From: Collinsella sp. | GTDB taxonomy: Bacteria > Actinomycetota > Coriobacteriia > Coriobacteriales > Coriobacteriaceae | Reading direction: 5' to 3' | Assembly (NCBI GenBank): GCA_022745215.1 | Contig: JAIIWC010000001.1 | Span: forward strand, 1 to 61,162 | DNA: 61,162 nt | Shown here: one piece after another, positions 27,856 through 36,582 of the stretch | Position numbering within the stretch: position 1 is the first letter of the stretch | How the letters are laid out: the number at the start of each line of letters is the position of its first letter | Notes under the pieces: model-generated | The model's input: the letters and a program-made list of their open reading frames with translations, nothing else | Told to the model about the DNA's origin: nothing | Databases searched by the model: none | Made by a program: the position numbers and the translations under genes

Positions 27856-28665
27856 ATGCTGCAGGTCATCATTTCGCCCGCCAAGCAGATGCGCGCGGCC
27901 CAAGATGCTTTTGAAGTCTTGGGCATACCGCCTTTTGCGCACGAAACGGCTCGCCTCCACCGCGCACTGCTAGATATCGAGCAGAATGAAGGCAGCGGCG
28001 GTCTGCAGGCGCTATGGAACGTGAGTGACAAACTGCTGGGGCCTTGCCTCGACACCCTGCATGAGTTCGGGCCCATCTTGGGAAACGGCAATCTCGACAA
28101 TCCCGCACTCGCCCGTCACCTCTCCCCTGCCGTCATGTCCTATCACGGCATTCAATACCAGAGCATGGCGCCCGAGGTGATGGATTCCGCGCAGCTCGCA
28201 TGGCTGCAAGACCATCTGTGGATCCTCTCGGGCCTTTACGGATGCGTACGCCCCTTTCATGCCGTTGAACCGTATCGGCTGGAGATGGGCGCGAAGCTTG
28301 CCGTCGACGATGCCCGAGACCTCTACGCGTTTTGGGGCGACAAGCTCGCACGGGTCATCGCTCCGGCGGGCTCCAACGCTACGATCGTCAACCTCGCCAG
28401 CGCGGAATACGCCAAAGCCGTTCTGCCCCGCCTCACCACCGATGCCGCGGTCGTCACATGTCTCTTTGGCGAAGGCATCCGCAACGGCAAGCCCATCCAG
28501 CGCTCGACCGCCAGCAAAAAGGCGCGCGGCTCCATGGTGCATTGGATGGCAGAAAACAAGCTCGAGGATGCAAGCGAACTTACCGCGTTCAACATCGGCT
28601 ATCGGCACATCCCCGAGCTTTCATACCTAGGCACCCTCGTGTTCATCAACGAACAGATGCTCTAG
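27856..28665 (+). CDS. yaaA: Peroxide stress protein YaaA (DUF328)
   Basis: IISPAKQM, ILSGLYG, PYRLEMG, VNLAS.EY, KKARG. Confidence 0.9.
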   Translation: MLQVIISPAKQMRAAQDAFEVLGIPPFAHETARLHRALLDIEQNEGSGGLQALWNVSDKLLGPCLDTLHEFGPILGNGNLDNPALARHLSPAVMSYHGIQYQSMAPEVMDSAQLAWLQDHLWILSGLYGCVRPFHAVEPYRLEMGAKLAVDDARDLYAFWGDKLARVIAPAGSNATIVNLASAEYAKAVLPRLTTDAAVVTCLFGEGIRNGKPIQRSTASKKARGSMVHWMAENKLEDASELTAFNIGYRHIPELSYLGTLVFINEQML

Positions 28666-28706
28666 AGCCGGCACCCAACACTGACCCGCTCAGCCTTCTC
28701 TATATA

Positions 28707-28771
28707 ACTTGCGGTGGAATAATTCCTATTTGAGCCTTTTTCGCACAATCAGGAACTATTCCACCGCAACT
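28707..28771. repeat. Palindromic repeat family A, copy 3 (65 bp)
   Basis: ACTTGCGGTGGAATA.TTCCT...AGGAA.TATTCCACCGCAACT. Confidence 0.8.
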
Positions 28772-28799
28772 TTTATGAATTGGCTGCTAGGCTCGACAC

Positions 28800-29321
28800 C
28801 TATTCTGCTAGACCGTCGGCCTTTGCAATCCCGTTTGTCGAACCGTCCTGATAGACAATCTTGACGTGCTCGACCTCGGACACCGCAACACCCGACGGGG
28901 GCTCCAGGCGCCATTCCGTCAGCGCGATATCCATCGTCGTGGGCACATCCCCTTGATCTTTGAGCTTCACCGTCAACGTTTTGAACGTCGCATCATACGT
29001 CACGCGTTCGATTTCCTCACCAGGAATAGACCCACCACTCAGCTGCAACTGCACAAACTCATCGCACGGGTACCAATAATCGCCCGGAACGGCGAGCGTA
29101 TTGGCATTACCGCCAGTACTCCTCACCGTCATAATCGGTAGGCTATCATCAGCCTCGAACTCCCATGCAGCGCCGCCGCGACCACCAAACGTCCAGATAC
29201 AAAAGGCAATCACCAGCACGGCAAGCACCGCAAAGCCAATCGCGACAAGGCCATGGTGCGCACGGCTTTCCTCGGCCGATACATCCCATTGCGTCTCTCG
29301 ATATAGATGCTTGTCTTCCAT
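28800..29321 (-). CDS. Hypothetical single-pass membrane protein with extracytoplasmic domain
   Basis: GGAGG RBS, ATG 29321; hydrophobic GLVAIGFAVLAVLVIAFCIW segment. Confidence 0.7.
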   Translation of the reverse strand: MEDKHLYRETQWDVSAEESRAHHGLVAIGFAVLAVLVIAFCIWTFGGRGGAAWEFEADDSLPIMTVRSTGGNANTLAVPGDYWYPCDEFVQLQLSGGSIPGEEIERVTYDATFKTLTVKLKDQGDVPTTMDIALTEWRLEPPSGVAVSEVEHVKIVYQDGSTNGIAKADGLAE

Positions 29322-29389
29322 GTTCGCCTCCCCACAGGCACGCTCGTTGGCCCAATCGTACCCATTCAGGCTATACTTGAGCCCACCAC

Positions 29390-29488
29390 ATAAACGGGGA
29401 GCTTGCAGGACAAGACGGCAGGCTGAGACTGGGCGCGCCCGCCCTGACCCGCAAACCTGATATGGGTAATGCCAACGAAGGGAGCCGT
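29390..29488 (+). promoter_or_regulatory. TPP riboswitch
   Basis: GGGGAGC...GCTGAGA...TGACCCG..AACCTGAT..GGTAATGCC..CGAAGGGA directly upstream of thiC; the aptamer 3' end overlaps the SD; TATACT -10 at 29372. Confidence 0.93.
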
Positions 29489-29492
29489 GCCA

Positions 29493-30827
29493 ATGAGCAC
29501 ACAGACCGAGCCCAAGCTCGTCACGCAAATCGACTTCGCCCGCGCCGGGCAGATCACACCGCAGATGAAGGAAGTCGCCGAGCGCGAGCATCGCGACCCC
29601 GAGTACATCCGCGAGCGCGTGGCCGACGGCCGCATCGCCATTCCCGCCAACATCGTGCACATCAAAAAGGGCATGCGCGCCTTTGGCGTCGGTGAGGGCC
29701 TGTCCACCAAGGTCAACGTCAACTTGGGCATCTCGGGCGATAAGGCCGATGCCGCCGAAGAGTGGAAGAAGGTCAAGATCGCCGAGGACTTTGGCGCCGA
29801 CGCCATCATGGACCTCTCCAACTCGGGCAAGACGCGCCAGTTCCGCCAGCAGCTCATCGACGAGACGCCACTCATGGTGGGCACCGTCCCCATGTACGAC
29901 GCCATCGGCTACATGGAAAAGCCGCTGGTCAAGCTTACCAAGGATGACCTGTTCGAGGTCGTGCGCGCGCACGCCGAGGACGGTGTGGACTTTATGACCA
30001 TCCACTGCGGCATCAACAAGTCGGTCACCAAGACCTTTAAGGAGACCGGCCGCTTGATGAACATCGTGAGCCGCGGCGGCTCGCTGCTGTTTGGCTGGAT
30101 GGAGGTCACCGGCAACGAAAACCCCTTCTACGAGTACTTTGACGAGCTGCTCGAGATTTGCCACGAGTACGACGTGACGATTTCGCTCGGCGACTCCTGC
30201 CGCCCGGGCTGCCTCTACGACTCCAACGACGCCACCGAGACCGCTGAGATGATCGAGCTGGGCAAGCTGTGCAAGCGCGCTTGGGCTGCCGGCGTCCAGG
30301 TCATGGTCGAGGGCCCGGGTCACATGGCGCTCGACGAGATCGCCGCCAACATGAAACTGCAGAAGCGCCTGTGCCACAACGCCCCGTTCTATGTGCTCGG
30401 GCCGCTGGTGACCGATATCGGCGTGGGCTACGACCACATCACCGCTGCCATCGGCGGCGCTATCTCCGCCAGCTCCGGTGCCGACTTCCTGTGCTACGTG
30501 ACACCGGCCGAGCACCTGTGCCTGCCTAACGCCCAGGATGTGCTCGACGGCCTCATGGCCACCAAGATCGCCGCACACGCCGCCGATATCGCCAAAAAGG
30601 TGCCGCACGCCCGCGACATGGACGACAAGATGGGCCAGGCACGCCGCAAGCTCGACTGGGATGCCATGTGGGAGTGTGCTCTCGACCCGGTCACCGGTAA
30701 GAAGCGCTACGAGGAGTCCCCCGCCGCCACCGAGGGCACCTGCACCATGTGTGGCAAGATGTGCGCCGTCCGCACCGTTAACAAGGTGTTCGAAGGCACG
30801 ACGATCGACCTCGGCATGGAGGACTAA
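29493..30827 (+). CDS. thiC: Phosphomethylpyrimidine synthase
   Basis: MDLS, GTVPMY, SRGGS, EGPGH, YVTPAEHL, CTMCGKMC. Confidence 0.95.
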   Translation: MSTQTEPKLVTQIDFARAGQITPQMKEVAEREHRDPEYIRERVADGRIAIPANIVHIKKGMRAFGVGEGLSTKVNVNLGISGDKADAAEEWKKVKIAEDFGADAIMDLSNSGKTRQFRQQLIDETPLMVGTVPMYDAIGYMEKPLVKLTKDDLFEVVRAHAEDGVDFMTIHCGINKSVTKTFKETGRLMNIVSRGGSLLFGWMEVTGNENPFYEYFDELLEICHEYDVTISLGDSCRPGCLYDSNDATETAEMIELGKLCKRAWAAGVQVMVEGPGHMALDEIAANMKLQKRLCHNAPFYVLGPLVTDIGVGYDHITAAIGGAISASSGADFLCYVTPAEHLCLPNAQDVLDGLMATKIAAHAADIAKKVPHARDMDDKMGQARRKLDWDAMWECALDPVTGKKRYEESPAATEGTCTMCGKMCAVRTVNKVFEGTTIDLGMED

Positions 30828-31005
30828 CTCGTCACCGGAGCCACAATCGGTAACATGGTGTTCGTCAATTGTTGACGTGTGAACATTTGCTTACATTTGC
30901 GTAAAGATTGCATCGCCCGCCCGGGTTCGACATAGAGTCGGCCCGGGCATCTTTATAATGCTGGCTTAAAGACCCATTTGATTCCGACCGAACAAGGGAG
31001 CAAAC

Positions 31006-31836
31006 ATGGATCGCAGTAAGGTACCTGCCGTTCTATCCATCGCAGGATCCGATTCCAGCGGTGGCGCCGGCATTCAGGCCGACATCAAGACCATCGCGGC
31101 GCACCGCCTGTATGCCGAGACGGCCATCACCGCCATCACCGCACAAAACACGCTCGGTGTCACCGCCGTGCAGAATATCTCCCCTGATATCGTCGCTGCG
31201 CAGATCGACGCCGTATTTGACGATATCCGCCCCAGCGCCGTCAAGATCGGCATGGTTTCCTCTGCCGAGATTATCGAGGTTATCGCCGACCGCCTGAGCG
31301 CCTGGAACGCGACAAACGTGGTCGTCGACCCCGTCATGGTAGCCACCTCGGGCGCACGGCTGATTGCCGAAGATGCCGCCGAGGCGCTCACCCGCCGCCT
31401 GTTCCCACTAGCAACCGTCATCACGCCCAATATTCCCGAGGCCATGGCCCTGCTTGACTACGAGGTCGACTCCGAGCGCACACAGCAAAATGCTGCCATG
31501 CTCCTCACCCGCCGCTTTGGTTGCGCATCCCTCGTTAAGGGCGGGCATTTTGTCAACGAGGCCAACGATGTGCTCGCAGAGCCCGCGCCGCTCGATGACG
31601 AGGGTAACCACCTGGGCGATCCGCTCACCACGTGGTTCCGCCACAAGCGCATCGAGACCGGCAACACGCATGGCACCGGCTGCACGCTCTCATCCGCCAT
31701 CGCCTGCGCGCTGGCCCAGGGCATGGAACTTGCCGACGCCATCAACGCCGGCAAGGCCTACCTGACCGGCGCTCTCGCCGCCGGCTTTGACATGGGCAAA
31801 GGTTCCGGCCCCGTCAACCACATGTGGCAGTATTAA
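31006..31836 (+). CDS. thiD: Hydroxymethylpyrimidine/phosphomethylpyrimidine kinase
   Basis: AGSDSSGGAGIQAD, VDPVM, TPNIPEA, KGGH, HGTGCTLS. Confidence 0.95.
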   Translation: MDRSKVPAVLSIAGSDSSGGAGIQADIKTIAAHRLYAETAITAITAQNTLGVTAVQNISPDIVAAQIDAVFDDIRPSAVKIGMVSSAEIIEVIADRLSAWNATNVVVDPVMVATSGARLIAEDAAEALTRRLFPLATVITPNIPEAMALLDYEVDSERTQQNAAMLLTRRFGCASLVKGGHFVNEANDVLAEPAPLDDEGNHLGDPLTTWFRHKRIETGNTHGTGCTLSSAIACALAQGMELADAINAGKAYLTGALAAGFDMGKGSGPVNHMWQY

Positions 31837-31852
31837 GATTCGCAGCCCAAAA

Positions 31853-31885
31853 CCGCCGCAAAGGGGACAGGCACCTTTGCGGTGG
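31853..31885. repeat. Hairpin with GGACAGGCA loop after thiD
   Basis: CCGCCGCAAAGG-GGACAGGCA-CCTTTGCGGTGG. Confidence 0.6.
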
Positions 31886-31897
31886 CTCCCACAAACA

Positions 31898-32040
31898 TCT
31901 CGATCTGTAACAGTAACTCGGCAAAATCGACCCTAGATGTTACAGATCAAGACAAACAGTCGATATCGACCTAAATAATCTTAATCTGTAACATCTAGCC
32001 CGTTTTCGGCCTTGGAACTGTTACAGATCAAGACAAACAA
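31898..32040. repeat. Alternating inverted-repeat array: four ATCTGTAACA motifs, 81-bp period
   Basis: Forward copies at 31902 and 31983; reverse copies TGTTACAGATCAAGACAAACA at 31938 and 32019. Confidence 0.85.
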
Positions 32041-32088
32041 ACGAAACAAGCCCCCGCAAGGGGAACTCTGTGGTGGTTTGGGGCCGTG

Positions 32089-32748
32089 CTACTCACCGAG
32101 CATCTCTTGGAGCTTGGCTGCCACGGCATGTCCCAAGCTCTCGTGGCTTTCGGGCATCATATGCAGATAGTCGATATCGCCCGGCTCGGCAAACTCGGCG
32201 GCATTCAAAAAGTCGCAGCCAAACTGCTCGGCCACGTGCGCATAGTACTCGCCAAAATGTTCAGATGCCTCGACGGAACGCTCGTCAAAATCGGTCATAT
32301 ATACATCGGCGATCTGCGGCTTGATCTTGATAGGAGCCATCAGCAGGATGCGCGGGCAAGGCGCAGCGTCGGTCCACGGAAACGCGCGGACGGCGCGAAT
32401 CAGCGCCATGGCGCCACGGGCGATATCGGAAGCTGTCACGTTAAAGACCGTCTTACAGTCGTTGGTGCCCAGCATGATCACAATGGCGTCCAGCGGCTTA
32501 TGGGCCTCGAGCAGCATCGGAAGCGCGCGAATGCCGTTGAGGTTAGTGTCCAGATGGCACATGTCGTCGCGTACCGTCGTGCGGCCGTTGAGGCCTTCTT
32601 CAATTACATGCCAGCCCTCGCCTAAGTCACGTTGGACCACGCCACACCAGCGCACATCCTGCGCATAGCGCACCGCGGTACCGTCGCGCATGCCCGCCGG
32701 ATCGTAACCATAGGTGTTGCTGTCACCAAAGCACAGAACGTTTTTCAT
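32089..32748 (-). CDS. SGNH/GDSL hydrolase
   Basis: CFGDSNTYG, EEGLNGRT, MLGTND, DYLH. Confidence 0.92.
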   Translation of the reverse strand: MKNVLCFGDSNTYGYDPAGMRDGTAVRYAQDVRWCGVVQRDLGEGWHVIEEGLNGRTTVRDDMCHLDTNLNGIRALPMLLEAHKPLDAIVIMLGTNDCKTVFNVTASDIARGAMALIRAVRAFPWTDAAPCPRILLMAPIKIKPQIADVYMTDFDERSVEASEHFGEYYAHVAEQFGCDFLNAAEFAEPGDIDYLHMMPESHESLGHAVAAKLQEMLGE

Positions 32749-32826
32749 CGTAAGCTCCCCACTCAATAAAAAGCCGACAGGAGCAGCCTCTCCCGTCGGC
32801 TCGGCATATCGCATCACGAGCACCGT

Positions 32827-33960
32827 TTACAGGTACTTGCGCCAGTCGTCGTCATCCTCGTCATCCTCGGCAGCGGCCTGAGCCTGCTCGGCGGCACGGG
32901 CGGCTGCGGCGCGGGCGGCAACCTGAGCATAGGACTCCTCGTTTCGCTCGGGGAAGTTTGCCAGCACGTGCTCGAATTTGGCGAAGTCCTCGTCCCAGCG
33001 CGTAGAGGGCACGGCAAAGAAGACCTGCTTGACCTTGAAGTCGCCCGATGCGAGCTCCTTGCGGAAGAGCTCGGCCACGGCCTCGGCATCAAAGCCGTTG
33101 TTGTCGCAGCCCCATGCGCCCAGCACGAGCTTCTCGCGACCCAACTCGTCGCAGATGGCGAGCACAAAGCGAATGCGGTCGCGCAGGGCATCCAGCAGAG
33201 CATCGTCGCTCACGCGATACTCCTGGCGGGCGCGCTTAACGTTGGGCGCGGCGGCCACGATCACGTCGGCGTATGCATGCACGTGGTTGCGGTCGAAGCG
33301 CACCGCAGGCACCACTAGGGCACGGTTACGATAGAGCTCGCAGTTGATGTTGCGGCGACGGTTCTCGCCGTACCACTTACGCTGCCTATCGAGAACGTTG
33401 TACAGATACGAATCGGCGCACAGCGTGGCCTCCTGGCCCAGATAACCCTGAATATATCCACCGCCCGGATTGGTAAACGAGGCAAAGGCGAGCACGGCCA
33501 TGTCGCAGAACTGCGCATAGCCGCGACCGTTATCGAGGATTGCCTGCGTGGCGGAGGCATCAAGCACAGTGACCTCGGGCAGGACCGGAGCGGGCTCCTC
33601 AGCAGGCGCGGACTCAGCTTCGGCGATTTCCTCGGCAGGCTCCTCGACGGGCTCGGGCGCCGCCTCGGTCTCGGGCGCTGCCTCGACCTCGGCAGTCTCC
33701 GCGTTCTCGACGTCCTCGGCGACCTGCTCTTCGGGGGCCACAGCACTCTGAACCTTGGCCTTCATCGCCGCGACAAAGCCGGCAGGCATACCGTCAAACT
33801 CGCGAACACCGGCAAGCGAACGCTCGATATCCTTGGCGCACGCTTCGGACACAGTTGCCACGTGACGCTCGGCGGCCTTGGCACGGGCCTCGCGCTTGGG
33901 ATTGGGCTGACCCGCTCGGTTGGACCTGCGGTTACGGTTCCTGTTGTCGACGTCTGCCAT
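32827..33960 (-). CDS. TIGR02452/DUF2263 bacterial PARG-type macrodomain protein
   Basis: LAFAS..NPGGGY..G..GQEATLC..S.LY, AAAPN, LVLGAWGC; acidic low-complexity linker and tail. Confidence 0.82.
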   Translation of the reverse strand: MADVDNRNRNRRSNRAGQPNPKREARAKAAERHVATVSEACAKDIERSLAGVREFDGMPAGFVAAMKAKVQSAVAPEEQVAEDVENAETAEVEAAPETEAAPEPVEEPAEEIAEAESAPAEEPAPVLPEVTVLDASATQAILDNGRGYAQFCDMAVLAFASFTNPGGGYIQGYLGQEATLCADSYLYNVLDRQRKWYGENRRRNINCELYRNRALVVPAVRFDRNHVHAYADVIVAAAPNVKRARQEYRVSDDALLDALRDRIRFVLAICDELGREKLVLGAWGCDNNGFDAEAVAELFRKELASGDFKVKQVFFAVPSTRWDEDFAKFEHVLANFPERNEESYAQVAARAAAARAAEQAQAAAEDDEDDDDWRKYL

Positions 33961-34100
33961 ACGTGGCCACCTTTCCTGTCGCTGCCGCTATCGGCTTTTC
34001 CCATCCATGATACCCCGCCGCGCACAAAAAAGACGGCCCCGAAGGACCGCCTTTCGCATCGTTTTACCGTGTCCGGCAGGAAGCATCGCAATGCCGCGCT

Positions 34101-34796
34101 TTAATCGCGACGGCCGAGGATGTTCAGAATGCGCAGGAACACGTTGATAATGTCCACGAACAGGCTGGATGCCATGAGCACGGCGTTGGGCAGCGTGGGC
34201 GGCACCGTCGTTGCCACATAGGTGTCGTAGCCGATGAAGCCGGCGAACACCACGATCACGATCAGGTCGGTGATGGACTGCGAAACGCCCATGAACATCA
34301 GCACGATCTCGACCAGAATCGTGGCAAGCAGGATGCCAAAACCAATGCCATACACACGCTGGAAGAACTTGGGGAAGGTCACGCCCAGCGCACCAAAGAC
34401 AAAGGTGATGGCGGCCGTGGCGATAAAGGCGGTGTTAATGGTAGGCAGGTCGTAGTTGGCAAGACCAAACGACGCCGTCAGGCCAAAGGTGCTCGCAAAG
34501 ACCACGTAGCCCACGAGTGACAGGCCCACGGACTGTTTGCTGGCAGCAGCCGACATCATGACCATGCCGACGATGGTCAAAATAAATGAGCCAAAGACCA
34601 GCGGCAAAGCGGCGCCGCTCATCATCATGCGCGCAAACGACATGGTGCTCGTAAAGTAAACACCGGCGCCCATGGCGCAAAAGCCCAAAAAGATCAGAGC
34701 AGACATGACAAGGTTGTACGCGCGCGGCGACATCTCCTTGGCACGGCTTGCGCCGGTCTCGATGGGGCCATTCTGATAGCCCTGGATATCGTTCAT
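34101..34796 (-). CDS. Bax inhibitor-1/YccA family membrane protein
   Basis: About 7 TM segments; AFIATA..F, F.GFIGYDT, ASSLFVDIINVFL.IL. Confidence 0.88.
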   Translation of the reverse strand: MNDIQGYQNGPIETGASRAKEMSPRAYNLVMSALIFLGFCAMGAGVYFTSTMSFARMMMSGAALPLVFGSFILTIVGMVMMSAAASKQSVGLSLVGYVVFASTFGLTASFGLANYDLPTINTAFIATAAITFVFGALGVTFPKFFQRVYGIGFGILLATILVEIVLMFMGVSQSITDLIVIVVFAGFIGYDTYVATTVPPTLPNAVLMASSLFVDIINVFLRILNILGRRD

Positions 34797-34876
34797 AATT
34801 TCGTCCTTTCAAAAAGCACCGCGACGGCGCCGTAGCTGACAAGTTTCCTGCCATTGTACCCGAACGCCACGCGTTC

Positions 34877-35215
34877 TTACCTGCGGCGCTCGCTCTCGAG
34901 TGTTCGGTCGAACGCCCACACCCACCAACGCATCACGTGTGCCTGCGAGCCGTCCGCCCGCTCGCGCGTCTGGTCCTCCAGATACAACTCGGTCGCGTGC
35001 CCGCCAAAACGCACCTTATAGGTTGCCGTACGAATGCCGTGAACCGTCAGGCCAAACCCAGTGGTCGAGACAATCTCGTCAATCGTAAAGCAACGACCGT
35101 CGACCCAGCAGACGGTGACCGGCACGACCTGTCCGCCCGCGAGGATGCGAGCCACGACGTCCACATACTGCTTGTGCACGCGCCGAGTTTTGCCATCTGT
35201 CTGTCGATATTCCAT
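34877..35215 (-). CDS. Small conserved-looking hypothetical protein preceded by an SOS box
   Basis: AGGAGG immediately before ATG 35215; KQYVDV...G...P....W.DGR.F.ID pattern. Confidence 0.7.
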   Translation of the reverse strand: MEYRQTDGKTRRVHKQYVDVVARILAGGQVVPVTVCWVDGRCFTIDEIVSTTGFGLTVHGIRTATYKVRFGGHATELYLEDQTRERADGSQAHVMRWWVWAFDRTLESERRR

Positions 35216-35227
35216 GCCTCCTATTAT

Positions 35228-35241
35228 CGAACGCATGTTTG
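35228..35241. promoter_or_regulatory. LexA/SOS box (Gram-positive type)
   Basis: CGAAC-GCAT-GTTTG versus consensus CGAAC-N4-GTTCG; lies in the spacer of a minus-strand TTTACA-N18-GATAAT promoter. Confidence 0.7.
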
Positions 35242-35465
35242 CATGTTGTAAAGCGAACAGGCTGTGGTTTTGGGGTGTTGGGGCGCGCGCACGTGTCCTC
35301 ATGGTGTGTTAGCAAAAAGAACACCCACGGTCAACAGGGCTAATATTCATTTTTAGTGCCAAAAAATTCACTGCTCCCATCAGAACTCGGTAAAGAAACC
35401 CGCAGGAGGTGATACGATTTATCATGTTTCTGTAACGTGCCTGCAAACTTCGAGAAAGCCCATAT

Positions 35466-36515
35466 ATGGACGTAACGTTCTCAACCTTCCTCGGCCAACT
35501 TGTGTCGAACCCAGTCCTTGCCGTCACCGTGATCCTCGCGCTCGGCGCCATCTTCGTCAATGGATGGACCGACGCACCCAACGCCATCGCGACCTGCGTC
35601 ACTACGCGTTGCATGCCCGCCCGCGCCGCTATTCTCATGAGTGCCGCATTCAACTTCCTTGGCGTGCTCATCATGACGCACTTTAACGCGAGCGTCGCCA
35701 ACACCATCTCCCATATTGTCGACTTTGGCGGAAACAGCACCATGGCGCTCGCCTGTCTGTGCGCGGCGCTGTTCTCCATCGTCGTCTACGGCGCCACAGC
35801 GTCGCGTTTTGGCATCCCCACCTCGCAAAGCCACAGCCTTATCGCCGGCCTGACCGGTGCCGCCATCGCCCTCGGCGGTGCGAGCAGCGTCAACGTCCAC
35901 GAGTGGATGAAGGTCATCTACGGCCTGGCGCTCTCCATCGGTCTGGGCTTTGTCATGGGCTGGGTCCTGTGCAAGCTCGTCTCGATTCTTTTCGCCGCCG
36001 CCAACAGGCGACGTGCCAATGTCTTCTTTAAATACGCTCAGATCGCGAGCGCTGCGGCCATGAGCTTTATGCACGGCGCGCAGGATGGACAGAAGTTCAT
36101 CGGCGTGCTCTTTTTAGGCGTGGCCTTTGCCAGCGGCCAGACGAGCGTCGGCGATGCCGGCATCCCCATCTGGATTATGCTGCTATGCTCGGCCACCATG
36201 GGCATCGGCACCAGCGTGGGCGGCGAGCGCATCATCAAGTCCGTTGGCCAGAGCATGGTCAAGCTCGAAAAGTACCAGGGCTTCTCCGCCGACCTGGCGG
36301 GCGCCGCGAACCTGCTGCTTGCCACCCTTACCGGCATCCCCGTGTCCTCCACGCACATCAAGACCTGCGCCATCATGGGCGTCGGTGCCGTCAAACGCCT
36401 CTCGGCCATCAACTTCGGCGTCGTCAAGGACATGATGTTCACCTGGTTCTTCACCTTCCCCGCCTGCGGACTCATCAGCTTTGTCATGGCCAAGCTGTTC
36501 ATGATGTTCCTCTAG
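35466..36515 (+). CDS. pit: Inorganic phosphate transporter, PiT family
   Basis: NGWTDAPNAIAT, GIPTS.SH, HGAQDGQK, GIPVSSTH. Confidence 0.93.
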   Translation: MDVTFSTFLGQLVSNPVLAVTVILALGAIFVNGWTDAPNAIATCVTTRCMPARAAILMSAAFNFLGVLIMTHFNASVANTISHIVDFGGNSTMALACLCAALFSIVVYGATASRFGIPTSQSHSLIAGLTGAAIALGGASSVNVHEWMKVIYGLALSIGLGFVMGWVLCKLVSILFAAANRRRANVFFKYAQIASAAAMSFMHGAQDGQKFIGVLFLGVAFASGQTSVGDAGIPIWIMLLCSATMGIGTSVGGERIIKSVGQSMVKLEKYQGFSADLAGAANLLLATLTGIPVSSTHIKTCAIMGVGAVKRLSAINFGVVKDMMFTWFFTFPACGLISFVMAKLFMMFL

Positions 36516-36582
36516 TCAAACCGAACGTCCATCCGGACCGTAACACCTCGCCCACCCGTCTTCGCCTCGAAAGGACCCACTC

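Noticed and set aside
29322..30608. 602-aa minus-strand ORF spanning thiC
   Set aside because: Antisense shadow of thiC and the riboswitch; only 28800-29321 has an RBS and protein-like composition.
31898..32040. Possible CRISPR mini-array
   Set aside because: Repeats alternate in orientation, there are only two periods, and no cas genes are present.
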